Shown here: positions 15,831-24,098 of the stretch, piece after piece
Layout: every line of letters starts with the position of its first letter
Position numbering within the stretch: position 1 is the first letter of the stretch
Origin: Propionibacteriaceae bacterium
Lineage (GTDB): Bacteria; Actinomycetota; Actinomycetes; Propionibacteriales; Propionibacteriaceae
Direction: 5' to 3'
Assembly (NCBI GenBank): GCA_031256725.1
Contig: JAIRQE010000016.1
Coordinates: 4,099-36,098 of the forward strand
DNA length: 32,000 nt
Translations under genes and position numbers: made by a program
Notes under the pieces: model-generated
What the model was told of the DNA's origin: nothing
The model's input: only the letters and a program-made list of their open reading frames with translations
Database searches by the model: none

Positions 15831-17099
15831 ATGATGGATGATTCGCGCTTGGTGAGTTCTGGATCCCGCGACGAAGTCGACACTTTCTCATTCACTCCAG
15901 GTACTTCCATCCCGGGTCGACTTGGTCGTACCGGGGTCATCCACACCCCGCACGGGGATATTCGTACCCCTGCTTTCATTGTTGTTGGTACGGCTGCAAC
16001 CGTGAAGGGGGTACTTCCTCGAGACATTAAAGACCTGGGAGCTCAGGCCGTACTTGCGAATGCTTACCATCTGTACCTCCAACCAGGCTCTGATATCGTC
16101 GACGAAGCTGGAGGAGTGGGGTCCTTTATGGGATGGGATGGGCCAACTTTTACTGACTCGGGGGGGTTCCAGGTCCTGAGCCAGGGGGCAGGATTCAAGA
16201 AAGTGTTGGCTATGTCAACAGCGGGCCTGGCAAGCGATGATGTGATCGCCAAGGGCAAGGATCGACTGGCTGTGGTTGATGATGATGGGGTGAATTTCCG
16301 CTCCTATCGTGACGGATCCAAACACCGCTTCACCCCTGAGGTTTCGATGGGAATCCAGCATCAACTCGGTGCGGACATCATGTTTGCCTTCGATGAATGT
16401 ACGACGTTAATGAACACCCGTGGGTACCAAGAAAGTTCCCTGGATCGTACCTATGCCTGGGCTTTGCGCTGTCTCGCGGAACATCGTCGGTTGACTGTGG
16501 AGAGGGTAGGGAAGCCCTATCAGGCGCTCTTTGGGGTTGTCCAAGGAGCTCAATTTGAGGACCTCCGACGTAAGGCTGCGCGAGATCTGGCTGAGGCTGA
16601 GGTCGATGGACAGATCTTCGACGGCTTCGGTATCGGTGGGGCCCTAGAGAAGGAGAACCTGGGTACGATTTGCCGCTGGGTGAACGAGGAACTCCCAGTT
16701 GACAAGCCGAGACACCTGCTGGGCATCTCTGAGCCAGAGGATCTGTTTGCTGCTATTGAGCAGGGTGCGGATACCTTCGATTGTGTGAACCCTTCAAGGA
16801 CAGCACGCAATGGGCGGGCCTACACCCACGAGGGTTGGTACAACGTGGACACCCTCCCCTCAAAGCGTAGTTTCACCCCTATCGAGGAGGGCTGCGATTG
16901 CTACACCTGCGCCCACTACACCCGCGCCTACCTCCATCATCTTGCCCGCTCCAAGGAACTTGTTCTCTATACCCTGATGACAATCCACAATGAACGTTTC
17001 CATGTACACCTAGTCGACCAAATCCGAAAATCCATCGACGGTGGCTACTTTGATGACTACAGAACCGACTTCCTTGGAAGGTACCGCCGTCCAGCCTAA
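15831..17099 (+). CDS. tgt: tRNA-guanine transglycosylase (queuine/preQ1 tRNA-ribosyltransferase) homologue
   Basis: Conserved Tgt blocks include GRTGVIHTPHGDIRTPAFIVVGTAATVKG, LANAYHLYLQPG, FTDSGGFQV, MFAFDEC and TFDCVNPSRTARNG. The zinc site CDCYTC...H is also present. A roughly 25-30 aa insertion follows GGFQV, and GGALEKE replaces the usual GGLAVGE. Confidence 0.85.
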   Translation: MMDDSRLVSSGSRDEVDTFSFTPGTSIPGRLGRTGVIHTPHGDIRTPAFIVVGTAATVKGVLPRDIKDLGAQAVLANAYHLYLQPGSDIVDEAGGVGSFMGWDGPTFTDSGGFQVLSQGAGFKKVLAMSTAGLASDDVIAKGKDRLAVVDDDGVNFRSYRDGSKHRFTPEVSMGIQHQLGADIMFAFDECTTLMNTRGYQESSLDRTYAWALRCLAEHRRLTVERVGKPYQALFGVVQGAQFEDLRRKAARDLAEAEVDGQIFDGFGIGGALEKENLGTICRWVNEELPVDKPRHLLGISEPEDLFAAIEQGADTFDCVNPSRTARNGRAYTHEGWYNVDTLPSKRSFTPIEEGCDCYTCAHYTRAYLHHLARSKELVLYTLMTIHNERFHVHLVDQIRKSIDGGYFDDYRTDFLGRYRRPA

Positions 17100-17153
17100 C
17101 TCCGGCCAAAGATTAACGTCTGTACGCCATGGAAGCTCCAAAAGTGGTCGACT

Positions 17154-19253
17154 TCACCTGTCCGCGAGGCTGGCTTCTAGGGCTTCGCTGATGATGGGTT
17201 CCAGGAAGGGCGCAAGAGACAGGGCAAAGGTTTTGGTCATATGCTGGTCATCCCAGGTCCATAACAACCCGCCCACAACACTGCGGCAGGTACTCTCGTC
17301 ACACATGGCATCATTGAGGTCGACTGCTGTGATGGCTGGGCTCGTACTGTTAACGGCTGCTTCATAGAGATGATCCTCGTACACAACACTGTCTCGGGGA
17401 TAATCACAGGCACTGTAATCGGATTCATGACTAGAGACGCAATCCGGCGCACGTTCGTGAAGTACAGGTGCATGTCGGATGACGAGAACATGGAATCCTC
17501 GGGAAGTCAGGTCATCAAGAATGTCGACGAACATCTGTCGGTGTACCTCTGCCTGGTCCTGTTCAGGTACACCAACGAGACTGGTTTGGAGAGTACGGGA
17601 GACCATGACGATGAGATCCACATCTCGGTTGGTGAGTTCATCAATGGTGTAGTTTGTCCATCCGAGACATCCTGGGCGAGTCCTATCAGATCCAACTAGT
17701 TCCATGGTTGCCGGATAACAGGCGCCAGCAAGGTGGGAGGAAAGCTTCCAGTTGTTCTGATCGGCTAGGACTATAAGCGGATCAAGATAGGGGATTGCGT
17801 GGGAATTGCCCCACAGTGCCACTGAGGGAGCATCAGCATTCTTGGCCCCAAACTCGCAGACGGGATAATGAGTGGGATAGTCGACGGTCCAGCGGCAATC
17901 CGTTTTGTAGGTGATGCTCAGATCCTTGATTGTTTGGGTGGGTGTGAAGTACAGGGTCTCACCATGGGGATCGCGGCCCTCACAGGCTGGATCAAGTGTC
18001 ATCGCAGCACCCACACAGGTTTCACTCGCAGGAATGGTTGGCAGCTTCGTATTTCCTAGAACATAGGTAACAACTGCACCTGGTGCTACCGCGAGAGCCA
18101 TTCCCACTACTAGGAATATGAAGGTACGTCTCAGGGGTACTCCCAAAGGATGGAGTCCACGGAATTTATCCTCAATGAAGGTTTTGGTACACGCGGACAG
18201 AACCAGAGTTAATGCAATTGCCGCGAGTTTGATGGGCCAAGTCATCTCGCGTCCCACAGCATGAGGTGTCAAGACCACGAAGGGCCAATGCCACAGATAG
18301 ATGGAATAGGACCAATCCCCAATAAGTTGAACGGGTTTCCAGCGAAGTACCGTGTCGAAACTGATGGAATGCTCACCAGGGCCACCACCAATGACAAGAA
18401 CAGCGCCGAGAACGGGAATCGCAGCGATCCAGCCAGGGAAGTTCTCTCCAGTCACGAAGAACCCTGACCATATCATCATCGACAAACCTGCTGCGACAAG
18501 GCCAAGCTTGATCCAAGGATGTTTCGACAGCCGAGTCGCAAGCCACGGGTACACCACTGCAAGGAGGCCACCTAGACCTAGTTCCCACATTCGTGTGGTG
18601 GTTACAAAATAGGCCTTCGGTGGGTACACGGCGGTGTAGTATACCGACCAGGTGAAGGAGGTTAGGACGACTGCTGCAATGCCGATCCCTACTCCTCGAC
18701 GAAACCGGCGACCTGTGATCAGGGCGATGGCTGCGATAAGAATCGGCCACACGAGATAGAACTGTTCCTCAACTGATAAGGACCAATAGTGCTGGAGTAC
18801 TGTCGGTGGTGATCCTATGGCGAGGTAGTCAACCGAGCGTGCAGCAAGATGCCAGTTCTCGACGTAGAGTGCTGCCATGATACCTGAGAGTCCATTGGGA
18901 TCCCGCTGGGTTCTTGGGACGAGGAAAACCATTGCTGCTGTGGCCACGATGATGACCAGGAAGGCGACAGGTAAGAGTCGACGTACTCTGCGTCCCCAAA
19001 ATTCGACGACATCCATGAATCGCTTGGGTGGTTTATTCACCAGATGAGAGGTGATGAGGAAGCCTGAGATGACGAAGAAAACATCTACGCCGACAAAGCC
19101 GCCTTGAACACGGTGTGGCCAAAAGTGGTAGGCCAGAACAAGTCCGACCGCCAGAGCACGCATCCACTGAATGTCGATTCGGACACCATGGTGACTGTGG
19201 GTACTATCTCCAACTTTCGCCTCAGGGGCGTCGTTGTTGATGGTCCTCGTCAT
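17154..19253 (-). CDS. Acyltransferase-3 family membrane protein with a C-terminal SGNH-like domain (OafA/OatA-type O-acyltransferase)
   Basis: The N-terminus (RIDIQWMRALAVGLVLAYHFWP...GGFVGVDVFFVISGFLIT) is followed by about 10 TM segments and a soluble C-terminal domain. The start is uncertain: ATG at 19253 is used here, while the ORF track uses TTG at 19274. Confidence 0.85.
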   Translation of the reverse strand: MTRTINNDAPEAKVGDSTHSHHGVRIDIQWMRALAVGLVLAYHFWPHRVQGGFVGVDVFFVISGFLITSHLVNKPPKRFMDVVEFWGRRVRRLLPVAFLVIIVATAAMVFLVPRTQRDPNGLSGIMAALYVENWHLAARSVDYLAIGSPPTVLQHYWSLSVEEQFYLVWPILIAAIALITGRRFRRGVGIGIAAVVLTSFTWSVYYTAVYPPKAYFVTTTRMWELGLGGLLAVVYPWLATRLSKHPWIKLGLVAAGLSMMIWSGFFVTGENFPGWIAAIPVLGAVLVIGGGPGEHSISFDTVLRWKPVQLIGDWSYSIYLWHWPFVVLTPHAVGREMTWPIKLAAIALTLVLSACTKTFIEDKFRGLHPLGVPLRRTFIFLVVGMALAVAPGAVVTYVLGNTKLPTIPASETCVGAAMTLDPACEGRDPHGETLYFTPTQTIKDLSITYKTDCRWTVDYPTHYPVCEFGAKNADAPSVALWGNSHAIPYLDPLIVLADQNNWKLSSHLAGACYPATMELVGSDRTRPGCLGWTNYTIDELTNRDVDLIVMVSRTLQTSLVGVPEQDQAEVHRQMFVDILDDLTSRGFHVLVIRHAPVLHERAPDCVSSHESDYSACDYPRDSVVYEDHLYEAAVNSTSPAITAVDLNDAMCDESTCRSVVGGLLWTWDDQHMTKTFALSLAPFLEPIISEALEASLADR

Positions 19254-19275
19254 GGGATGAATACTATGGCACAAC

Positions 19276-19309
19276 CCATGTGAGGTGGAAGTCCATGTGA
19301 GGTGGAAGT
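19276..19309. repeat. Perfect tandem duplication of a 17-bp unit (CCATGTGAGGTGGAAGT x2)
   Basis: This was read directly from the sequence: 19276-19292 equals 19293-19309. It lies between the pnkp stop and the acyltransferase start. Confidence 0.9.
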
Positions 19310-19354
19310 CGAGTTAATCTGCTTGTCTGGAAAACTCGCAGAAAAAGTTTCTCG

Positions 19355-21940
19355 TCATAATCTGGGATCCACTGGTTCGCTTTCTAGGGCTAGGACACCG
19401 AAGATGCATTCGTGTACTCGATGAAGGGGGTCGCCGTTGACGAAACGATCCAGGGATTCCATGCCGAGTGCGAACTCTTGAAGTGCAAGTCGACGCTTTG
19501 TGGACAGGGAGCGTTTCTTCAAGCGGGGGAGGTTTTCCTTGAGAAGGTACTCTGGGCCGTAGATAATGCGCAGGTATTCCCGGCCTCGGCATTTAACTGC
19601 GGGCTGGATGGGTGCTGAATCGCCATGACCAATAAAGTCGAGGGGTTTGACCACCATCCCCTCACCACCGGAAGCAGTGAGATCCTGCCACCACTGGATT
19701 GCGGTCATCGTACTCTTCTCATCTGAAAGGTCCACAAGAAGGTGGTCAGTCGCCATGAAGATGGGGTCGATGCCAGTCATGTGTTTGGCAATGGTTTCCA
19801 TGTGCCACAGATGGTTTCGATCCGAGTACACATGCCCCTCGGTTGCAAGAATATGGAAGGGAGCGATGCGATAATCCTCGATGCTTGTGACCTCCCAGCA
19901 GTACCTCCGATAGGCTTCAGCATAGTGGTCTAGGGCCTCGGCGCGAGCCTGATACCTCTCGGCTAGAGCCGCAAGATCAAGGGTCTTCTTTTCTTGGTTT
20001 GGCCGTGCCAACGTGTCGTCCAGACAAGCGGATTCAAGCTTGTCCGTGAGTACAGCACAAGCACTTGTGATCGCAGCAACCCCAGCAGCTAAACCTACAC
20101 TCCCAGCGCGACTCACGGGAGCGAATTGTTCGCGGAGAAGACCCTGAGCCTTGGCTGACCAGGGCATGAGTTCTGCATCCAAACAAACCCAATCTGTGGA
20201 GTACTCATCCCAGAATCCTGTTCTGGTGAGGACATCATCAAGGCTTGTCAACAGGGTTGTCTCAGTATCATCCTCAAAGAAACGCCGACCTGTGCGTGTG
20301 TAGATGATTCCACGGGTACCATCAGCAATCCTGAATCGACGTTGAGCCACACTCTCATCTCGACACAGGATGATCACAGCACGTGACCCCATGTGTTTGC
20401 GCTCACAAACAACCTGGGTCACACCACGCTTGCGGTAGTACTCGAAGGCTTGCGAGGGATCTTCCAAATAATCATCAAGGGTACTCGTCTCGCAGGGGGA
20501 CATCGTTGGTGGCAGATAGATCAACCATCTGGGATCTGCAGCAAAACGACTCATAACCTCAAGGGCAGCAGCTGAGTTCTCTGCGTTGATCTTGATGGAT
20601 TTGCGTAGGGTCGTTGACAGGAATCTCTGCCCCAAAACATCATCCACATTCAATAGATCCCCGCTGGTCGTGGGTGGATGCAGTGGTTTGATGAGTGTGT
20701 AATACTCCCGAGCCGCCTCAATCTGTACGACTTCTTTTTCAGGGTAACGAAACCCTGTCAGCTTTCCACCAAAGACGCAACCGGTATCAATGCAGACAGT
20801 ATTGTTGATCATTTCGATCTCGGGGGTGGGCACATGCCCATAGACGACGAGGGCTGAACCACGGTAATCATTCGCCCAAGGCAGACGTACAGGCAGGCCA
20901 TACTCATCAGTCTCACCAGTGGTGTCTCCGTACAAACAGAAACTGCGAACTCGCCCAGAACTGCGCCCGTGGTACTTCTCAATCAGCCCAGCATGGGCGA
21001 CAACCAACCTGCCACCGTCGAAGACGTAATGACTGATCAAACCATCCAGGAAACTCTCGACCTCTGTACGAAATTGGCTGGTTTCCGCATCCAACTGAGC
21101 CATGGTGATGTCGATCCCATGGGTCATGTTTGTGAGTCCGCGACGCAAGATCCGAACGAGTTTCGCATCATGATTGCCAGCCACACAGTACGCTGCACCC
21201 GAGTTGACCATGGACATCACAAGACGCAGGACATCGGTGTTCTTGGGACCGCGATCACAGAGGTCACCAACGAAGATCGCTCGCCGCCCCGATGGGGGAG
21301 TAGCCTGATGATTCTCCTTGTCAACCGCATATCCCATGGTGTCCAAGAGTGAGCACAACTCATCGTAGCAACCGTGTACGTCTCCGATGATGTCGAAGGG
21401 TCCAGTCTCATCTTTCTTGTCATTCCACAGCCGAGTACGATGGATCTCCACGTGAGCGATCTCATCCTCACTGTTCAGAACATGAACATAGCGAAACCCC
21501 TCCTTCTTCAAGGTTTTGAGGGTATGACGCAACTGCTCCATCTGACGGTGGATCACCTTCGCAGGGAAACTCCGATCGCTACGCTGGGCATGGCGCTCCA
21601 CGCAGGTGGCTTCCGGCAGGTTGAGTACGATGGCGACCGCGTGAACATTCTGCTCCTTGGCGAGATTGAGCACAGCTGCCCGAGCATCCTTGTGGATATT
21701 TGTGGCATCGATCACAGTCAACAGCCCCAGATCCAGTCGCTTATTGGCGACGTAATACAGGGTGTCGAAGGCTTGGCGGGTCACCTTCTCGTTGTTCTCA
21801 TCATCAGAAACCATGGCTCTAAAGAAATCCGAAGAGAGGATTTCAGTTGGTTTGAAGTGGCGCTGAGCGAAGGTAGATTTCCCCGAGGATGACACTCCAA
21901 CCACGGCAACGACTGCGAGTTCAGGAATCTCTATGCGCAT
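19355..21940 (-). CDS. pnkp: Polynucleotide kinase-phosphatase/ligase Pnkp (bacterial RNA repair enzyme)
   Basis: The 861-aa product has three modules. The N-terminal P-loop kinase carries GVSSSGKST. The central calcineurin-type phosphoesterase carries GDVHGCYDEL, GDLCDRGP and GNHD. The C-terminal adenylyltransferase/ligase carries the KxxG lysine motif CERKHMGSRAV. The ATG overlaps the hen1 stop and is preceded by GGAGGTGA. Confidence 0.9.
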   Translation of the reverse strand: MRIEIPELAVVAVVGVSSSGKSTFAQRHFKPTEILSSDFFRAMVSDDENNEKVTRQAFDTLYYVANKRLDLGLLTVIDATNIHKDARAAVLNLAKEQNVHAVAIVLNLPEATCVERHAQRSDRSFPAKVIHRQMEQLRHTLKTLKKEGFRYVHVLNSEDEIAHVEIHRTRLWNDKKDETGPFDIIGDVHGCYDELCSLLDTMGYAVDKENHQATPPSGRRAIFVGDLCDRGPKNTDVLRLVMSMVNSGAAYCVAGNHDAKLVRILRRGLTNMTHGIDITMAQLDAETSQFRTEVESFLDGLISHYVFDGGRLVVAHAGLIEKYHGRSSGRVRSFCLYGDTTGETDEYGLPVRLPWANDYRGSALVVYGHVPTPEIEMINNTVCIDTGCVFGGKLTGFRYPEKEVVQIEAAREYYTLIKPLHPPTTSGDLLNVDDVLGQRFLSTTLRKSIKINAENSAAALEVMSRFAADPRWLIYLPPTMSPCETSTLDDYLEDPSQAFEYYRKRGVTQVVCERKHMGSRAVIILCRDESVAQRRFRIADGTRGIIYTRTGRRFFEDDTETTLLTSLDDVLTRTGFWDEYSTDWVCLDAELMPWSAKAQGLLREQFAPVSRAGSVGLAAGVAAITSACAVLTDKLESACLDDTLARPNQEKKTLDLAALAERYQARAEALDHYAEAYRRYCWEVTSIEDYRIAPFHILATEGHVYSDRNHLWHMETIAKHMTGIDPIFMATDHLLVDLSDEKSTMTAIQWWQDLTASGGEGMVVKPLDFIGHGDSAPIQPAVKCRGREYLRIIYGPEYLLKENLPRLKKRSLSTKRRLALQEFALGMESLDRFVNGDPLHRVHECIFGVLALESEPVDPRL

Positions 21941-23307
21941 GTCACCTCCAGGTTCCCATCACTGGTGAAAACCCCCATCTGTGTGGGGGTACCACAGGTT
22001 TCGTCCTCATCCCCAACACCAAGGAATGCCACTGTGTACCCATAGCGCTGGGCAGTTGTATGAGCCCATTCTTGGAACTCTGCGCGGGTCCACTCGAAAC
22101 GATGGTCCTCATGTCGATGCCCCGATTCGACTCCATAGATTTCGTTGTATTCACTATTGGGGGTTGTCACCACGATAGTGCGCGGCCTCGCGTATTCAAA
22201 GAGTACCCGTTCGAAGGCTGCCAAACGACCCAGATCAAGATGCTCAATGACTTCAACAACACATGCAGTGTCGTACCCAGAAAAGCGCGCATCCCTATAG
22301 GTGAGGGATCCTTGGATGAGGGTGATTCGGGACTGCATTGATTCGCTGGCATCGGTGAGCATTAGACGCTCAGAGCTTTTTTCGAGGGCATGGTGTGCTA
22401 CATCAACCCCAGTGATCTTCGTGAACTGACTATCTTTGACAAGGAGTTTTAGGAGGTTTCCTTCGCCACAACCTAGATCAATCACAGTGGAGGCACCACT
22501 AGCTTTGACCTGGTTGAGTACTGCTTGGAGTCGTACTTCGTTGAGACGGGGAGGCTTTTCGGGTGCCTCAGTGGGGATGAGATCCCCATCGTTTGCACTC
22601 ATGGCAGCCAGTTGCTCGAACGCCTGGTTGACAAGTCGTCGCTGACGTTTGAGATAGCGATCTGTGATGTACTGTTTCATCGGATGGTCAGCCAGCCAGC
22701 CCTCACCCATTCTCAACAGTTTGTCGACCTCTTCAGAATCCACCCAATAGTGTTTGTGGGCATCAAAGACCGGCATCAAAACATAGAGATGCTTGAGGAG
22801 GTCTCGCAGGCGTACCTCTCCTGTGATGGTGAGGTTAACATATGAAGCCTGCCCCCATTGGTGGAATTGATCATCAAGGGTGAAACTCTCCCATTCGACC
22901 TCATAACCCAAGGGTTCGAAGACTGCTGACAGATTCTGGTGGTTTCCCCGACAGGGAAGCATCGTGACCGTGGCGGAAAGGTTCAACCTAGAATCGGCCA
23001 ACTCCTGATGGAAGTCGCCTCGACCGGTCATGGCTGTACCAAAGGCTTTCGTGAGCGCTGTACTCATGAGGGAGGAAGAAACATAGGGGCGGTCGTTGAC
23101 ATAGTCGTAGCCTGATCTCTTGGAGAGTCCGATAGGGTCAACATCCAGCAGTAGTGCCACTGTGGTACGTTCACGCGAGACCTCAGGATAGAAGACATAG
23201 GCTTTCCCAAAACTGAGTTCCACCACCTGAGGGCGTGCCGGATTCTTAAACAGGAGGTACCCAAGTTCGGTCGTATTCTGTCCCAGATAGGTGATGGTCA
23301 ACAGCAC
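21931..23307 (-). CDS. hen1: 3'-terminal RNA ribose 2'-O-methyltransferase Hen1 (bacterial type)
   Basis: The product is 458 aa. The N-terminal MLLTITYLGQNTTELGYLLFKNP block is typical of bacterial Hen1. The C-terminal SAM methyltransferase carries VIDLGCGEGNLL and EVIEHLD. It overlaps pnkp by 10 nt. Confidence 0.9.
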   Translation of the reverse strand: MLLTITYLGQNTTELGYLLFKNPARPQVVELSFGKAYVFYPEVSRERTTVALLLDVDPIGLSKRSGYDYVNDRPYVSSSLMSTALTKAFGTAMTGRGDFHQELADSRLNLSATVTMLPCRGNHQNLSAVFEPLGYEVEWESFTLDDQFHQWGQASYVNLTITGEVRLRDLLKHLYVLMPVFDAHKHYWVDSEEVDKLLRMGEGWLADHPMKQYITDRYLKRQRRLVNQAFEQLAAMSANDGDLIPTEAPEKPPRLNEVRLQAVLNQVKASGASTVIDLGCGEGNLLKLLVKDSQFTKITGVDVAHHALEKSSERLMLTDASESMQSRITLIQGSLTYRDARFSGYDTACVVEVIEHLDLGRLAAFERVLFEYARPRTIVVTTPNSEYNEIYGVESGHRHEDHRFEWTRAEFQEWAHTTAQRYGYTVAFLGVGDEDETCGTPTQMGVFTSDGNLEVTCA

Positions 23308-23331
23308 GAAACTAGCTTATATGTACGATCC

Positions 23332-24048
23332 TTATTGAAGAACTCGAACTTCACGGCGTTTTAGCCAGGGGATGATCAGTAGTGTTAAGGGGAGTAGGAG
23401 TACTTCCAACCCGACTTTGTAGAGATAGCCGACAACAATGTAGTTGCCTAAGGTGCCCCAGTCGACGATGAAGGCCCAGGCAATGGTACAAAACAGGATG
23501 GTGTCTGCGGCTTCGCCAACAACTGTTGAACTGATGAGGCGGAACCACAGGGATCCGGGTTTTGCGCGATCACGGAGTTTCACCAGGATCTTAGCGTTGA
23601 GGAGTTGACCCACAAGATAGCCGACGAGGGAACCGATGACGATCCGAAGTACCACACCCATCACCGAGATCCAGGCTTCCTGATTCCCCCAACTCGGGTC
23701 GGGGGGGAGTACCCCTACGATGAAGAAAACTAGAGCCGCGACCGCAGAGACCACGAAACCCATGAAGATTGCTCGGCGGGCCTTTTTGAAACCATAGACC
23801 TCGGCCAAGCAGTCACCCAGGATATAGGTCAAGGGGAAGGTCAGGGCCCCACCGTCGAAGACGAGCGGAAAGACATGGATGCCCAAGGGAGTCCATGTGG
23901 GGCCAAGCGCAATGAGTTTCGAGGCTGCCACATTGGCGATCAGCAGGAGGGCGCAAAACCCTGCCACCACGAGGTCATAAACCCCAGTGGGAGTCTCACG
24001 AAGGGCTGCTCGTGAAGTTTCATTCTGCTCATTCACAGGTAGCATCAT
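23332..24048 (-). CDS. yhhQ: YhhQ/DUF165 family queuosine-precursor transporter
   Basis: The product is a 238-aa polytopic membrane protein with family blocks FDGGALTFPLTYILGDCLAEVYGFKKARRAIF and STVVGEAADTILF. Its stop lies 24 nt upstream of the hen1 start. Confidence 0.85.
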   Translation of the reverse strand: MMLPVNEQNETSRAALRETPTGVYDLVVAGFCALLLIANVAASKLIALGPTWTPLGIHVFPLVFDGGALTFPLTYILGDCLAEVYGFKKARRAIFMGFVVSAVAALVFFIVGVLPPDPSWGNQEAWISVMGVVLRIVIGSLVGYLVGQLLNAKILVKLRDRAKPGSLWFRLISSTVVGEAADTILFCTIAWAFIVDWGTLGNYIVVGYLYKVGLEVLLLPLTLLIIPWLKRREVRVLQ

Positions 24049-24098
24049 ACTGGTTGGAGAATCAGCGCTAGAATGGGTACCACATCATTACAGGGAGG

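Noticed and set aside
15831-17099. Tgt homologue as a DpdA-type DNA 7-deazaguanine transglycosylase (Dpd restriction-modification-like system)
   Set aside because: No dpdB-K-like genes (ParB-like, helicase or ATPase components) are adjacent. The protein also retains strong similarity to tRNA-type Tgt along its whole length, so tRNA modification is the more economical reading.
19276-19309. Plus-strand SD + ATG-TGA start-stop mini-cistrons within the tandem repeat
   Set aside because: No plus-strand gene lies downstream because the neighbouring genes are all on the minus strand. A plus-strand translational element therefore has no obvious target, and the pattern is probably incidental to the repeat sequence.
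24049-24098. preQ1 riboswitch upstream of yhhQ
   Set aside because: Only 50 nt separate the yhhQ and phoH starts, and the minus-strand leader shows no preQ1-I/II-like hairpin with an A-rich tail. There is not enough space or signal to support a call.
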